A stretch of DNA of 64,000 nt from positions 38,271 to 102,270 of the forward strand of contig JAWBTQ010000004.1 in the NCBI GenBank assembly GCA_038841535.1, written 5' to 3'. Shown piece by piece: positions 18,167 to 27,646 of the stretch. The DNA is from Sulfolobales archaeon (GTDB lineage Archaea; Thermoproteota; Thermoprotei_A; Sulfolobales; NBVN01). Position 1 is the stretch's first letter. The number at the start of each line of letters is the position of its first letter. The position numbers and the translations under genes are program-made. The notes under the pieces are model-generated. The model saw only the letters and a program-made list of their open reading frames with translations, was not told where the DNA came from and did no database searches.

Positions 18167-20512
18167 CTAGTCACCTCCCTTGAGGGATTTAAGCACTTTT
18201 TCGGGAGTTATCGGAATCTCGTAGAACCTAATGCCGATAGCATTATAGATGGCATTAGCAACAGCAGCGATTACCGGGTTCGACGCCGCCTCTCCAAGAC
18301 CTTTAGCACCGAAAGGTCCGTAGGGCTCGTAGGTAGACGCAAAGACTACTTTAAAGCTCTCATCGCCCGGAAGGTCCATAATTGTGGGTAACTTGTAGTC
18401 GGATAGACTTAGCCTGTGTGCGGGCTCACCATCTTCTAAGTAAACTACTTCGTCTCCTACGGCCCAGCTCCACCCTATAGCAAAGCCCCCGTGGATTTGA
18501 CCAGCCGCTAACTCAGGGCTAATAACTGTACCGATGTCGGCCCCAGCCGCAACTCTAACGGGTTTAATAATTCCGGTTTCAGTATCTACTTCCACTTCAA
18601 CGAAATACACTGTAAAGCTGGGTGGAGCGACAGTCGCTCTGTAGCTCACCGAAGCTGATATAGAGCCCCAATTCCTTTGCCAAGCGATTCTAGCTACCTC
18701 ACTCAAGGAAATTCTCTTCTCTGGAGCCCCTTCGACAAATATAACGGCGTCGTTTAATTCCTTATCGTACTGGATCCTCAAGGCTTCTGGGCTAACAGCA
18801 TCTAGTATTCTGGCAGCATATTCCAGAATCTTCTTTTTTACCTCTGAAGCCGCTCTCCTGGCAGCCTCACCACCAGCAAAAACTCCTCTAGAGGCGTGTG
18901 TGCACACGTCGTAAACGGTTGTCGAGCTGCCGGACCACACTATTCTTATCTTACTTGGTGGAATCTTCAGTTCCTCAGCAATGATCTTGGCGTGGGCATC
19001 TAGAGTACCACCACCATGATCCTGGAGAGCGGTTATGTAGTCGATCGTCCCGTCCTCGTTTACCTTAACTATCGCGCCTGTGTAATCTATAACGGCACCC
19101 GAGAGAGGGCCTCCGGCTCCTGAAGTATGAAAACCCCTTCCAACGCCGATGCCTCTTCTATACCTACCGGTCTTTTCTTTTGGGTTTCCCCTATTTTTCC
19201 AGCCTATGAGCTCTGAGCATTTACTTAATAGCTCTGGGACTCCGTCGCTTCTAATGATAGACCTAACTGTAGGACCTTGACCCCAGAAGATCTCGCCCTT
19301 CCCTCTATAGTTTACCAACCTGAAATCAAGAGGGTCGATTCTCAGTTCTTCAGCTATCTCATCTATTACCGTCTCGACCGCCCAAGTGATTTCTGGGGCA
19401 CCATAGCCACGTATGGCACAGGAAGGTACCTTATTTGTGTAAACTGCCTTACCGTGATACCTCAATGCCTTCCACTTATACAGTGAGACGAACCAGCCCA
19501 AGCTAGCACCGAGGAGTGGATAAGCTTGTATTTGATGAGCACCTATATCAACGATATTCTCTAGCTCTCCAAATGTGATAATACCCTCGCGAGTAGCTCC
19601 AGCTCTAACCTTCATATAGAACTCGTAGCTTGTGTGGTCGTGAACCATGTCTTCTTCTCGGGTTAGTACTAACTTCACCGGCTTTCGGGATTTAAGGCAT
19701 AAGCTAACAGCTATCAAAGTAACTAGGTTTGTGTGTATGCTAGACCCGAAACCTCCCCCTATAGGAATCTTTCTTACCTCTAACTTATTCATGGGTATTC
19801 CATAGACTTGCGAGATCAGTATCTTAGTGTTGTGAATAGTTTGTGTCGTAGTCCACACAGTTAGAGACCCGTCTGCCTCTATCTTACAGACAGCTCCCTT
19901 GGGCTCCAGCTGCGCGTGATATCTCCTGGATGCGTGGAACTTTCTCTCTATAACGACGTTGGATTTTCCTTCTTCCGTTTCTAGGTCACCCTCGGAGTAC
20001 TTAATTTCAGCAGCAACGTTGTTTCTTACTTCTATCCACTGCCTTCCTCTCTGAATTCTGTCGTGAATAAGCCTAGTGCCCGGGGACATAGCCCCAAACG
20101 GGTCTAGCATGGGTTCGCAGACTTCTTCGAACTCCACTCTTAAAGCCTCGAGAGCTTTCTGAGCTGAGTCTTCTGTAGCAGCAGCTACAGCGGCTATTGG
20201 TTCGCCGACGTACCGGGGTTCTCTTGTCAGGATTCTCCAGTCTTTAAATGTGTCCTCTTCCACGCTAACAAGCCTGGGATTAAACAGCACGTCAGGAACG
20301 TCTTCCGGGGTTAAAACTACAGCACCCATGGCCTCTGCTAGAGAGCTATCAATTCTTCTAACTCTAGCGAATGCGTGAGGACTCTTGAGTATTCTCCCGT
20401 AGAGCATGCCAGGGATCTCTATGTCGAAGGTGTACTCAACAAGCCCAGACGCCTTAGCGAAGCCGTCATGGCGTGGTAGACTTTTTCCTATAAATTCATA
20501 CACTAACTCCAC
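18167..20512 (-). CDS. Molybdenum hydroxylase large subunit, molybdopterin-binding (xanthine dehydrogenase / aldehyde oxidase family)
   Basis: 781 aa with IGGGFGSS, AIRGYGAPE and GLGEA motifs. Substrate not assignable. Confidence 0.9.
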   Translation of the reverse strand: MELVYEFIGKSLPRHDGFAKASGLVEYTFDIEIPGMLYGRILKSPHAFARVRRIDSSLAEAMGAVVLTPEDVPDVLFNPRLVSVEEDTFKDWRILTREPRYVGEPIAAVAAATEDSAQKALEALRVEFEEVCEPMLDPFGAMSPGTRLIHDRIQRGRQWIEVRNNVAAEIKYSEGDLETEEGKSNVVIERKFHASRRYHAQLEPKGAVCKIEADGSLTVWTTTQTIHNTKILISQVYGIPMNKLEVRKIPIGGGFGSSIHTNLVTLIAVSLCLKSRKPVKLVLTREEDMVHDHTSYEFYMKVRAGATREGIITFGELENIVDIGAHQIQAYPLLGASLGWFVSLYKWKALRYHGKAVYTNKVPSCAIRGYGAPEITWAVETVIDEIAEELRIDPLDFRLVNYRGKGEIFWGQGPTVRSIIRSDGVPELLSKCSELIGWKNRGNPKEKTGRYRRGIGVGRGFHTSGAGGPLSGAVIDYTGAIVKVNEDGTIDYITALQDHGGGTLDAHAKIIAEELKIPPSKIRIVWSGSSTTVYDVCTHASRGVFAGGEAARRAASEVKKKILEYAARILDAVSPEALRIQYDKELNDAVIFVEGAPEKRISLSEVARIAWQRNWGSISASVSYRATVAPPSFTVYFVEVEVDTETGIIKPVRVAAGADIGTVISPELAAGQIHGGFAIGWSWAVGDEVVYLEDGEPAHRLSLSDYKLPTIMDLPGDESFKVVFASTYEPYGPFGAKGLGEAASNPVIAAVANAIYNAIGIRFYEIPITPEKVLKSLKGGD

Positions 20513-20592
20513 CTGCAGGTTACTAGTACCTTTAGATAAAAGCTGAAGCTAATATTTGGTATGTACCTATTAAGTTTCGGAGATGATGGGAT

Positions 20593-21939
20593 ATGGGGGT
20601 TTTACTTAGAGGCGGTGCTTTAGTATTTAGAGACGCTCTCATCGAGGCGGATATCCTAATAGAAGACGGTAAGATATCAAGAGTTGGAAGATCTGTTGAC
20701 TCAGGTTACTCTAAAACCGTAGATTTGCGGGGTAAGCTCATAATGCCTGGAGCCGTCGACCCTCACGTACATGGTAGAGAGCCCGGATTAGAGTACAAAG
20801 ACGATTTTCTTCATACCTCCAAAGCGGCTCTTCTTGGAGGAGTAACTACAGTACTCGAAATGCCCAACACCATTCCTCCGGTAGACAGTCCCATTAAGCT
20901 TTTTGAAAAGAAGTCTGTCTTATCAAACAGGTCTTACGTAGATTTCGGTCTTTACGCAGTACTATACGACTACGCTGACGACATAGATCGCCTAGGCTCG
21001 AGGATGGTGGAGTTAGTTGAGAGTGGTGCCATAGCATTCAAAGCGTTTATGGCTCAAACTACTGGGAACCTTCCCCCACCTAGCTTCATGACCGTTCATA
21101 CAGCACTAGAGCTCTCCAAGAAGCTAGGCTACACTGTGGTCTTTCATGCTGAAGACCGAGGCTGTGTCGAGTTCTTCACGTCTAAGGTAAGGAAGGAGGG
21201 AAAAGGGGGTCTTCGAGCATACAGTGAAGCCAGGCCCCCGCTATGCGAGGAGTTAAGTATAGGGTACATAGCGTCTATAGCTGAAGCAACCGGTGGAAGA
21301 GCCTACATAGCTCATCTTAGTACCGCCTCAGCCTTAGGAATTATAGACAAGTATAGGAAGGCTTTGACCAGCATCAACGTTGAAGTAACACCAACATATC
21401 TGTTCTTCGACTACGAAGAGCACGAAAGTCTTGGTACACTGGTTAAAGTGAATCCACCAATAAGAAGCCATAAGAATAGAGCGAAACTTTGGGCAGCCCT
21501 AGCTAGAGGACTAATTGACGTTATAGCATCGGATCACGCACCACACGCTGAGCACGAAAAGAAGACCGACTTCTGGGAAGCAGCAGCTGGGGTGGCATCA
21601 GTACAACACCTAGTTCCCCTCATGTTGGCATCAGCTCTAGACGGGCTCATACCTCTAGGTAAAGTAGTTGAGCTATGTTCGGAAAACCCAGCTAAAATAT
21701 TCGGTCTCTATCCTATGAAGGGCTCGCTACTACCCGGAGCGGACGCAGACATGGTCGTAATAGACCCATCAGTTGAGTACGCAATTGCGAGGGAGTCTCT
21801 AGCCTATAAAAACAAGCTTACTCCCTACATAGGGAGGAGGCTCAGGGGGCGTATAGATAAAGTATTTCTAAGAGGAGAGCTTGTAGTAGACGGAGGCAGC
21901 GTTTTAGTAGAAAAACCTACTGGTAGGGCTCTAAAGTAA
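20593..21939 (+). CDS. Cyclic amidohydrolase (dihydroorotase / allantoinase / dihydropyrimidinase family)
   Basis: DPHVHGREPGLEYKDDF, a carbamylatable-Lys region (AFKAFM), and ASDHAPH. The motifs are closest to class I dihydroorotase, but the isofunction is unresolved. Confidence 0.8.
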   Translation: MGVLLRGGALVFRDALIEADILIEDGKISRVGRSVDSGYSKTVDLRGKLIMPGAVDPHVHGREPGLEYKDDFLHTSKAALLGGVTTVLEMPNTIPPVDSPIKLFEKKSVLSNRSYVDFGLYAVLYDYADDIDRLGSRMVELVESGAIAFKAFMAQTTGNLPPPSFMTVHTALELSKKLGYTVVFHAEDRGCVEFFTSKVRKEGKGGLRAYSEARPPLCEELSIGYIASIAEATGGRAYIAHLSTASALGIIDKYRKALTSINVEVTPTYLFFDYEEHESLGTLVKVNPPIRSHKNRAKLWAALARGLIDVIASDHAPHAEHEKKTDFWEAAAGVASVQHLVPLMLASALDGLIPLGKVVELCSENPAKIFGLYPMKGSLLPGADADMVVIDPSVEYAIARESLAYKNKLTPYIGRRLRGRIDKVFLRGELVVDGGSVLVEKPTGRALK

Positions 21940-22146
21940 TAGCTAGCTCGGCAAGTAAAATCAACGAATCGTATAAGTCATTACCATCCTTAAATCCCTG
22001 GAGTACTCGTTGTTATATGTTTCGTACAATTTGTCGGATCCTCCATACTCTTTATCGATAGGATCATCTACGCGTACAGACACCTAGTTTAAGACCTAAG
22101 AAAGCCCTGTTTTACTTAATCTTATTTTCTTAGCAATAATTAATTA

Positions 22147-23019
22147 ATGGGTTCGGTAGATTTGGAGGATGTTGTACTTGTATCAACAATAATGGAGTAC
22201 CTAAAGAAAGGGATGAAGGTTGCTCTTTGTGAGGTAGTATATAAAGAGGGTTCGGCTCCTAGAGATGTAGGAGCTAAGATAGTCGTCGGTGAAGATGGGC
22301 TTAAAGTAGGGACGATTGGTGGTGGTTTATTTGAATCTGAGCTTGTATCAGACGCTCTCAAAGCTATTGCGGAGGGTAGGTCGAGGTTGGTGAAGTACTC
22401 GTTTACTGGTAAAGCTGTTGAAGGAGCGAAAGACACCGGTCTATTGTGTGGTGGGGTTCTCTGGGTCTTTATAGATGTTTTTGCGCCACCTCAGAGAGCT
22501 CTAGTTATTGGCCTAGGAAATGTTGGTAGACCCCTATCCCACATCTTGAAGCTAATGGGTTTCGAAGTTCACGCTTTAGATACAGATAAAGAAACAGAGA
22601 GAATAGCCGGGGATTTGGGTTTGTCGTCCGTCTTCGTGGGAACTATAGAGGGAATAGCTAGTAGGATACGCGAGATCACTAAAAGAGGAGATCAGGTATT
22701 CGTAGTGTATGGAGACGTACACGCAGACTACGTGTTTGTCAAAGAATCACTTAAAACAGAGGCAAGTACCATCTGGCTACTAGGTAGCAGAAGGAAGGTA
22801 GCCGAATTCGTTAAGAAACTAATTTCGGAGGGGTTTAGTTCCGAGGACTTAATCAGGAGATTAAGAGCTCCAATAGGTATAGATATAGGAGCTGATACTC
22901 CAGAAGAAGTAGCTATAAGCGTAGCAGCCGAGCTCGTGGCCCTGAGGCGAGGTGCTAACGCTAGGAGCCTAAACGCAGTGCCTCAGCTAGTAGCAGAACT
23001 CACGAGAAGTAGCACTTAG
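22147..23019 (+). CDS. XdhC/CoxI-family molybdenum cofactor insertion accessory protein
   Basis: N-terminal XdhC_CoxI pattern (LCEVVYKEGSAPRDVGAKIVVGEDG...GTIGGG) plus a Rossmann-like C-domain (VIGLGNVG). Confidence 0.8.
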   Translation: MGSVDLEDVVLVSTIMEYLKKGMKVALCEVVYKEGSAPRDVGAKIVVGEDGLKVGTIGGGLFESELVSDALKAIAEGRSRLVKYSFTGKAVEGAKDTGLLCGGVLWVFIDVFAPPQRALVIGLGNVGRPLSHILKLMGFEVHALDTDKETERIAGDLGLSSVFVGTIEGIASRIREITKRGDQVFVVYGDVHADYVFVKESLKTEASTIWLLGSRRKVAEFVKKLISEGFSSEDLIRRLRAPIGIDIGADTPEEVAISVAAELVALRRGANARSLNAVPQLVAELTRSST

Positions 23020-23095
23020 CTCGTACTTTTATCGTTTGAGTAAACCTCAACTTAATTAGGCACTTTACTAAGTATATTAATGGATAGAGAACATA

Positions 23096-24166
23096 ATGAT
23101 TAGCACTAAGTTGATTAAAGCTAGGCTGTCGTCCCTATCATGGCTTCTAATACTTCTAGCACTGATAACTAGCTCTCTCATTGCTTCAGCTAGTTCGAGT
23201 CTTGATAGGCACAGTCCTGATTTTCAGTACCGCTTAACTAGCTATGGTGATGTCTGGACTCAAAACGAGGTCTTGGCTCTTACAGAGGTTTTAAATAGCT
23301 TAAAGCAGTATGGGGTAGCGCATGTCTCTACTGCTGTCCGAGACTCTGGGGAAGTTTTAAACAAGTTGATCAGCAAGTTGCAACTCGTTGACGAGAGGAT
23401 TTCACTAGCTCTAAGAAGCTTGCTAGGTTTATCTAAAGACCTACCCGAGGACCTATCTTCGAGAATAAGTAATGTCTCTATTAGTAGTAAAAACGCAAGT
23501 CGATTGATTAAGGTAATAAACCACCTTTATTCTAATGGAGAGCTAAGCGGTGTTGACTATTTAGTGCTTATAGGACATGTAGCTAACGAGCTCAAAGAAG
23601 GTTACGTTGAAGATTCTGAAACTATTACCAACTTGCGGAGGGCTATTGATGAGATTTCCTCTATTATCACGAAGTCAACAATCCCACCGCTACCGGAGCC
23701 GGATATATCTTCTAGGTATAATGGGGCGGTACTCTTAATTAAACCCATCGAAGTCCCCAAACCTGTCTTGATAGCAATTTTACTTGTCGTGCTCGTCCCT
23801 CCCGCTACACACGCTTCTCTCAGCTTCCGCACGCGTACTTACTACTCTAAGCTTTTACGTAAAGCCCAGCTAACTTCAGACTTAATCGTTTCAAGTCTCA
23901 GTTTCCCTGAGGATACCGTTTCCGCTTACTGGGTAGCAGTAGGCATACTATCTAAAGTAATAACGGTCAATCCATGGGAAACTCATAGAGAGTTTTTAGC
24001 TAGATTAGGAAAAGAACTTAAGAATCAGCAAGTACTGTCCGTCTTTAAAACCCTTACAGAGGAATATGAGAAAGTCCGATTTGCCGGTGAAGTGGGTTCC
24101 CTAAGCCGGAAACAGTTGGTCGATATTGTGGTGTATATAGCAAACGAAGTTCGATATATAGATTGA
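23096..24166 (+). CDS. Membrane protein with DUF4129-like C-terminal domain
   Basis: N-terminal signal/TM (LSWLLILLALITSSLIASA), an internal TM (PVLIAILLVVLVPP), and a C-terminal ETHREFLARLG...LTEEYEKVRFAGE pattern. Confidence 0.55.
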   Translation: MISTKLIKARLSSLSWLLILLALITSSLIASASSSLDRHSPDFQYRLTSYGDVWTQNEVLALTEVLNSLKQYGVAHVSTAVRDSGEVLNKLISKLQLVDERISLALRSLLGLSKDLPEDLSSRISNVSISSKNASRLIKVINHLYSNGELSGVDYLVLIGHVANELKEGYVEDSETITNLRRAIDEISSIITKSTIPPLPEPDISSRYNGAVLLIKPIEVPKPVLIAILLVVLVPPATHASLSFRTRTYYSKLLRKAQLTSDLIVSSLSFPEDTVSAYWVAVGILSKVITVNPWETHREFLARLGKELKNQQVLSVFKTLTEEYEKVRFAGEVGSLSRKQLVDIVVYIANEVRYID

Positions 24167-24315
24167 AGTCCAAAGATTTAAAGAAATTAAACATATTCAA
24201 AGATTGGTGTATTTATTCAATACAACTTTTTCCATATCGTAGGTGATACCATGGCTCCTCTGAAGGCTCAAGAGTAGCGTTCGAGCTAGCGCTGAGGCCC
24301 GGTGGGAGACCACTC

Positions 24316-24489
24316 ATGATGTTAGCTGCTACACTTCTCGGAATAATTGCTGGACTGGTTATCGGTGAGCCGATCACCTCCACTAAGTTCCTAGGAGATA
24401 TATTTCTCTACCTACTTCAATTTGTAGTCGGCCCATTAGTCTTTGTCTCAATAGCGTGGCTATTCAATAAAGGGAAGAGTGTTGCGTAG
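24316..24489 (+). pseudogene. Truncated N-terminal fragment of a dicarboxylate/amino acid:cation symporter (GltP/GltPh family)
   Basis: The 57-codon ORF is MMLAATLLGIIAGLVIGEPITSTKFLGDIFLYLLQFVVGPLVFVSIAWLFNKGKSVA*. It resembles TM1-TM2 of GltPh-type transporters ([21 protein letters not shown]). The rest of the gene is absent. Confidence 0.6.
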
Positions 24490-24523
24490 GTGAGTTGTGG
24501 CTCTCCATGTGAGTGAACCGAGT

Positions 24524-24645
24524 TGTGGAGGTCTCAAGGTGGCCCTAAACGTTCCCGAGTTCGATGAATTTCCGGTCGGAAGGTGGGGGGAGAGATGAGT
24601 CGATGAAATCAACCCATATAGACCAATGCGAAGCTGAACCTCCCT
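24524..24645 (+). repeat. Intergenic repeat element, copy B (~118 nt)
   Basis: See copy A. The termini GGAGGT (24527-24532) and ACCTCC (24637-24642) are complementary. It lies immediately 3' of the gltP-like fragment. Confidence 0.65.
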
Positions 24646-24769
24646 CAGGAGCTTCGCTTATCTACGTGCAATTGTTGCGTCTATATCACTTAGCGTATTC
24701 ACATGAAGCACTCGGGTCAATAAACGTAAAGTTAGGTAGTGGTATCTGGGGCTAGATGGGGATATCAAG

Positions 24770-26044
24770 CTAAGGCTGTGTGTTGGATAAGTGCAGTAGG
24801 TGTACTGAGCATGATATGCACGGGTCATAGCTTCTAACGATCCTCTTAGCGATGTCGATGGCTCTAGTATCAGCACTTGCACCAAAGAGCTTGCTCATTA
24901 TCACATTTTCCATCGAAGCCAGATTTTGAGCTGTTGGAGTCACTATGTTGCTATTTCGAACTCTCAGTTCTCTATCTAAGTTATACCTATGGTATAGGAT
25001 CCCCCTAGGTGCTTCTGTAGCCGCTACGCAAGCACCTCTTGGTGCCGTCCTAGGTTCGGTTCTAGTAACCGACCTCTCTCGATATTCGTCGAAAAACTCC
25101 TTGAGTTCTAAGAGAGTATGGTATGTTTCAGCTATTCGAGCTACTACACTCTGGTAGATGTTCTTGAGGCTCTCTCCGTAGCCATATTCGCTAATTAGCT
25201 CTTTAGCTTCCTCCCTTAAGTACTTGTAGTAGAGATTGTACCTTGCCAGAGGTCCAACAGCGTAGGGCTCTCCAGTTATCAATCTATACCTAAGCGCATT
25301 AGAGTACCCTACCTGCTCAGTGAGTACGAAGTTCTCAAAAGCTTCTACTTTAGCAGAAGAGCCGTCATCAGCAACTACACCACTCCCAACCCACGGGTAC
25401 CGGGTTCCGTTTTCTACAGCCATATACCTTAGCCTATGGACTTCAACCGGTATGCTGCCGAGGTCTAGCACGAACTTAGCTATGTCTATAAAGTCTCTTA
25501 TTACTTTAGGTAGGTCATGCTTAAGTTTTTCGACTTTACTAGCACTCGGGAAACTATATACCCCACCAACACGTATGTTAAGCACGTTATGAAATCTTCC
25601 TCCTAGGGTTTCCATAACCTTTCTAGACCAGAGAACTATTTCTGTACTCTTGCTAAAGATATGTGAATAGCTTTCCGAAAGCTCTTTCAGAGAGCCGATC
25701 TCGAGAAAGTCCGGTAAGTGGAGAAGAGCTACGTGAATAACGTGGCTCTTAACTCTTTCTGCTGCTAATACTGCTAGCCTCAGCCTTTCTTCATCTTCCG
25801 GCACCTCTATAGATAGGCAGTTCTCGAAGGCTTTAGAAGCGGTGAGAGCGTACGAAACACCGCACAGTCCGCATATTCTACTAGTTAGGTCCGGGACCTC
25901 AAAGCACCTCCTTCCCCTAACTATGTACTCGAAGAATCTCGGTGCTTCAGTTATCTTAATTTCGACGCTAGTTACTCTACCGTCAGAAGACTTAAGCACT
26001 ACCTGACCTTCTCCTTCAACTCGAGTTAGAAGTCCGGACAGCAT
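24770..26044 (-). CDS. [NiFe] hydrogenase large (alpha) subunit, group 3b sulfhydrogenase-like
   Basis: N-terminal RICGLCG and C-terminal DPCISCSVH metal-binding motifs, with a 9-aa C-terminal extension. The operon order and sizes match the Pyrococcus-type beta-gamma-delta-alpha arrangement. Confidence 0.9.
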   Translation of the reverse strand: MLSGLLTRVEGEGQVVLKSSDGRVTSVEIKITEAPRFFEYIVRGRRCFEVPDLTSRICGLCGVSYALTASKAFENCLSIEVPEDEERLRLAVLAAERVKSHVIHVALLHLPDFLEIGSLKELSESYSHIFSKSTEIVLWSRKVMETLGGRFHNVLNIRVGGVYSFPSASKVEKLKHDLPKVIRDFIDIAKFVLDLGSIPVEVHRLRYMAVENGTRYPWVGSGVVADDGSSAKVEAFENFVLTEQVGYSNALRYRLITGEPYAVGPLARYNLYYKYLREEAKELISEYGYGESLKNIYQSVVARIAETYHTLLELKEFFDEYRERSVTRTEPRTAPRGACVAATEAPRGILYHRYNLDRELRVRNSNIVTPTAQNLASMENVIMSKLFGASADTRAIDIAKRIVRSYDPCISCSVHLLHLSNTQP

Positions 26045-26051
26045 TGTTGGC

Positions 26052-26822
26052 TCACCTACTAGAAGAAGACTTAGTGAGAGACGAGTAGCTAAACGCTTTA
26101 AGCATGGCCATAAAGTCTTCTCTACTCATCCCAAGTCTCTCCACCACCTTCGAGAACTCCTCTAGCTTCTCTCTATCTACTATAAGTGCGTTAAGACCGT
26201 AGCACCCATAGCAACCACGCCTAAAGCTTGGGCAGAGCGCTCCACAGCCGGATAGAGTTATTGGACCGAGGCACGGTTTTCCATCAAATACTGTTACACA
26301 TAGTATCCCCTTTCTCTTGCACTCCGAGCATAAGCTCTCAACTATCGGGGACTCGCTTCCCCCCATCACTAGCTTAACTAGAAACCTAGCTAAAGCCTCT
26401 CCGTTAGCCGGACAGCCAGAGAATCTGTAATCTACGTTTACTACGCTATCTACGCTCTTAACTTCTGGTAGCACCTTGATATGGTCGGGGTTTGGGTAGG
26501 AGGCTAAAACAACAGTTCTAAGATCCTCTCCTGCTCTCAGAGACTGTACTCCACCGAAGACAGCGCAGGTACCTAGAGCTATTAGTACTCTAGATTTCTC
26601 TCTAACCTGCTTAACTAGCTCTTCCTGCTCGCTGTTCGCTATAGAACCCTCAACTATGGCTACATCTACATCTTCAATAGCGTTTGAGTCCTGTAGTTCA
26701 GTAAAGTAGGATATGTTGAGGTACCTCAGTAGCTCAGCGCGTGCTACTAGTGAGTAAAGCACCTCGTTTAAGCATCCAGAGCACGAGGTCAGCTTCAAAA
26801 CTGAGACACTAAGTTTCCTCAT
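26052..26822 (-). CDS. [NiFe] hydrogenase small (delta) subunit, group 3b-like
   Basis: Proximal cluster motifs CSGC, GTCAVFGG, GCP. The medial/distal cluster block is CSECKRKGILCVTVFDGKPCLGPITLSGCGALCPSFRRGCYGC. Confidence 0.9.
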   Translation of the reverse strand: MRKLSVSVLKLTSCSGCLNEVLYSLVARAELLRYLNISYFTELQDSNAIEDVDVAIVEGSIANSEQEELVKQVREKSRVLIALGTCAVFGGVQSLRAGEDLRTVVLASYPNPDHIKVLPEVKSVDSVVNVDYRFSGCPANGEALARFLVKLVMGGSESPIVESLCSECKRKGILCVTVFDGKPCLGPITLSGCGALCPSFRRGCYGCYGLNALIVDREKLEEFSKVVERLGMSREDFMAMLKAFSYSSLTKSSSSR

Positions 26823-27646
26823 AGTCCTCTCACCGTCACATACTGTTTTACGTCTTGGTAACTAAACACCGGTCCATCTTTGCATATAAAGTAATGACCC
26901 AGTTGACACGTGCCGCAGATCCCTATACCGCATCTACACCTCCTCTCCAGTGATAGGAACACCCTATCCTCTTTTACGCCCTTCTTTACGAGCTTGTCTG
27001 CAGCTACCTTCATCATTACCTCTGGACCACAAACGAACGCAACTGTGTTCTGCAGGTTAAATTTAACTCTGTCTATAAGGTCTGTTACAAAGCCTACATG
27101 ACCCTTCCAACCGGAATGCGGTATGTCTATAGAGAACAGAATTGTGGAGTTCGGTATTTTACTGTACTCCTCGTATTCGTACTTAAATAGCATATCTACA
27201 GGTCTTCTAGCTCCATAAAGGAGTATGAAGTGCCCGTAGAGACTCCTATTCTCGGCTACGTGCTTTATTAGCGCTCTCAGTGGAGCTAACCCTATTCCAC
27301 CGCCTATAACAAGGACGTCATGGCCCTCAAATTCGCGGATAGGCCAACCCCTACCGTAGGGCCCGCGAATCCCCAGGTAGCTACCCACACCAACGTTAGT
27401 GTAGATGTAATTAGTTACTGCTCCTACAGCTCTAACGGTGTGCTCCACTAAGCTCCTATCTCCTGCTGCATAGTTTGATATAGAAATGACTACTTCACCC
27501 ATACCCTTTACATAGAGAACATCAAACTGACCTGGTAGTGGTGTCGGAAAGCCGTCGACCACTATATGGTATGTTCTAACTAGTGGGGCCTCATCTACTA
27601 CTTTAGTTACCCTCCCTTTCATCGGAATGAGTTTATCTACCGGCAT
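26819..27646 (-). CDS. Sulfhydrogenase gamma-like subunit (FAD/NAD(P)-binding oxidoreductase with C-terminal 2Fe-2S, PyrK-like)
   Basis: Ferredoxin-reductase-type fold (GGGIGLAPL) and a C-terminal CRCGIGICGTCQ cluster. Confidence 0.85.
   Translation of the reverse strand: MPVDKLIPMKGRVTKVVDEAPLVRTYHIVVDGFPTPLPGQFDVLYVKGMGEVVISISNYAAGDRSLVEHTVRAVGAVTNYIYTNVGVGSYLGIRGPYGRGWPIREFEGHDVLVIGGGIGLAPLRALIKHVAENRSLYGHFILLYGARRPVDMLFKYEYEEYSKIPNSTILFSIDIPHSGWKGHVGFVTDLIDRVKFNLQNTVAFVCGPEVMMKVAADKLVKKGVKEDRVFLSLERRCRCGIGICGTCQLGHYFICKDGPVFSYQDVKQYVTVRGL

Noticed and set aside
18167-20512. Possibility that the molybdenum enzyme is a true aerobic CO dehydrogenase (CoxL).
   Set aside because: I could not find the form I active-site loop (AYxCSFR-type). 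The motifs are of the xanthine dehydrogenase / aldehyde oxidase kind, and the neighbours are an amidohydrolase and XdhC rather than coxDEF-type genes.
24564-24885. ORFs 24564-24755 (+) and 24658-24885 (-) downstream of the hydrogenase alpha subunit.
   Set aside because: The first runs through repeat copy B. The second overlaps the 3' end of the alpha-subunit gene. Neither has coding-like features.
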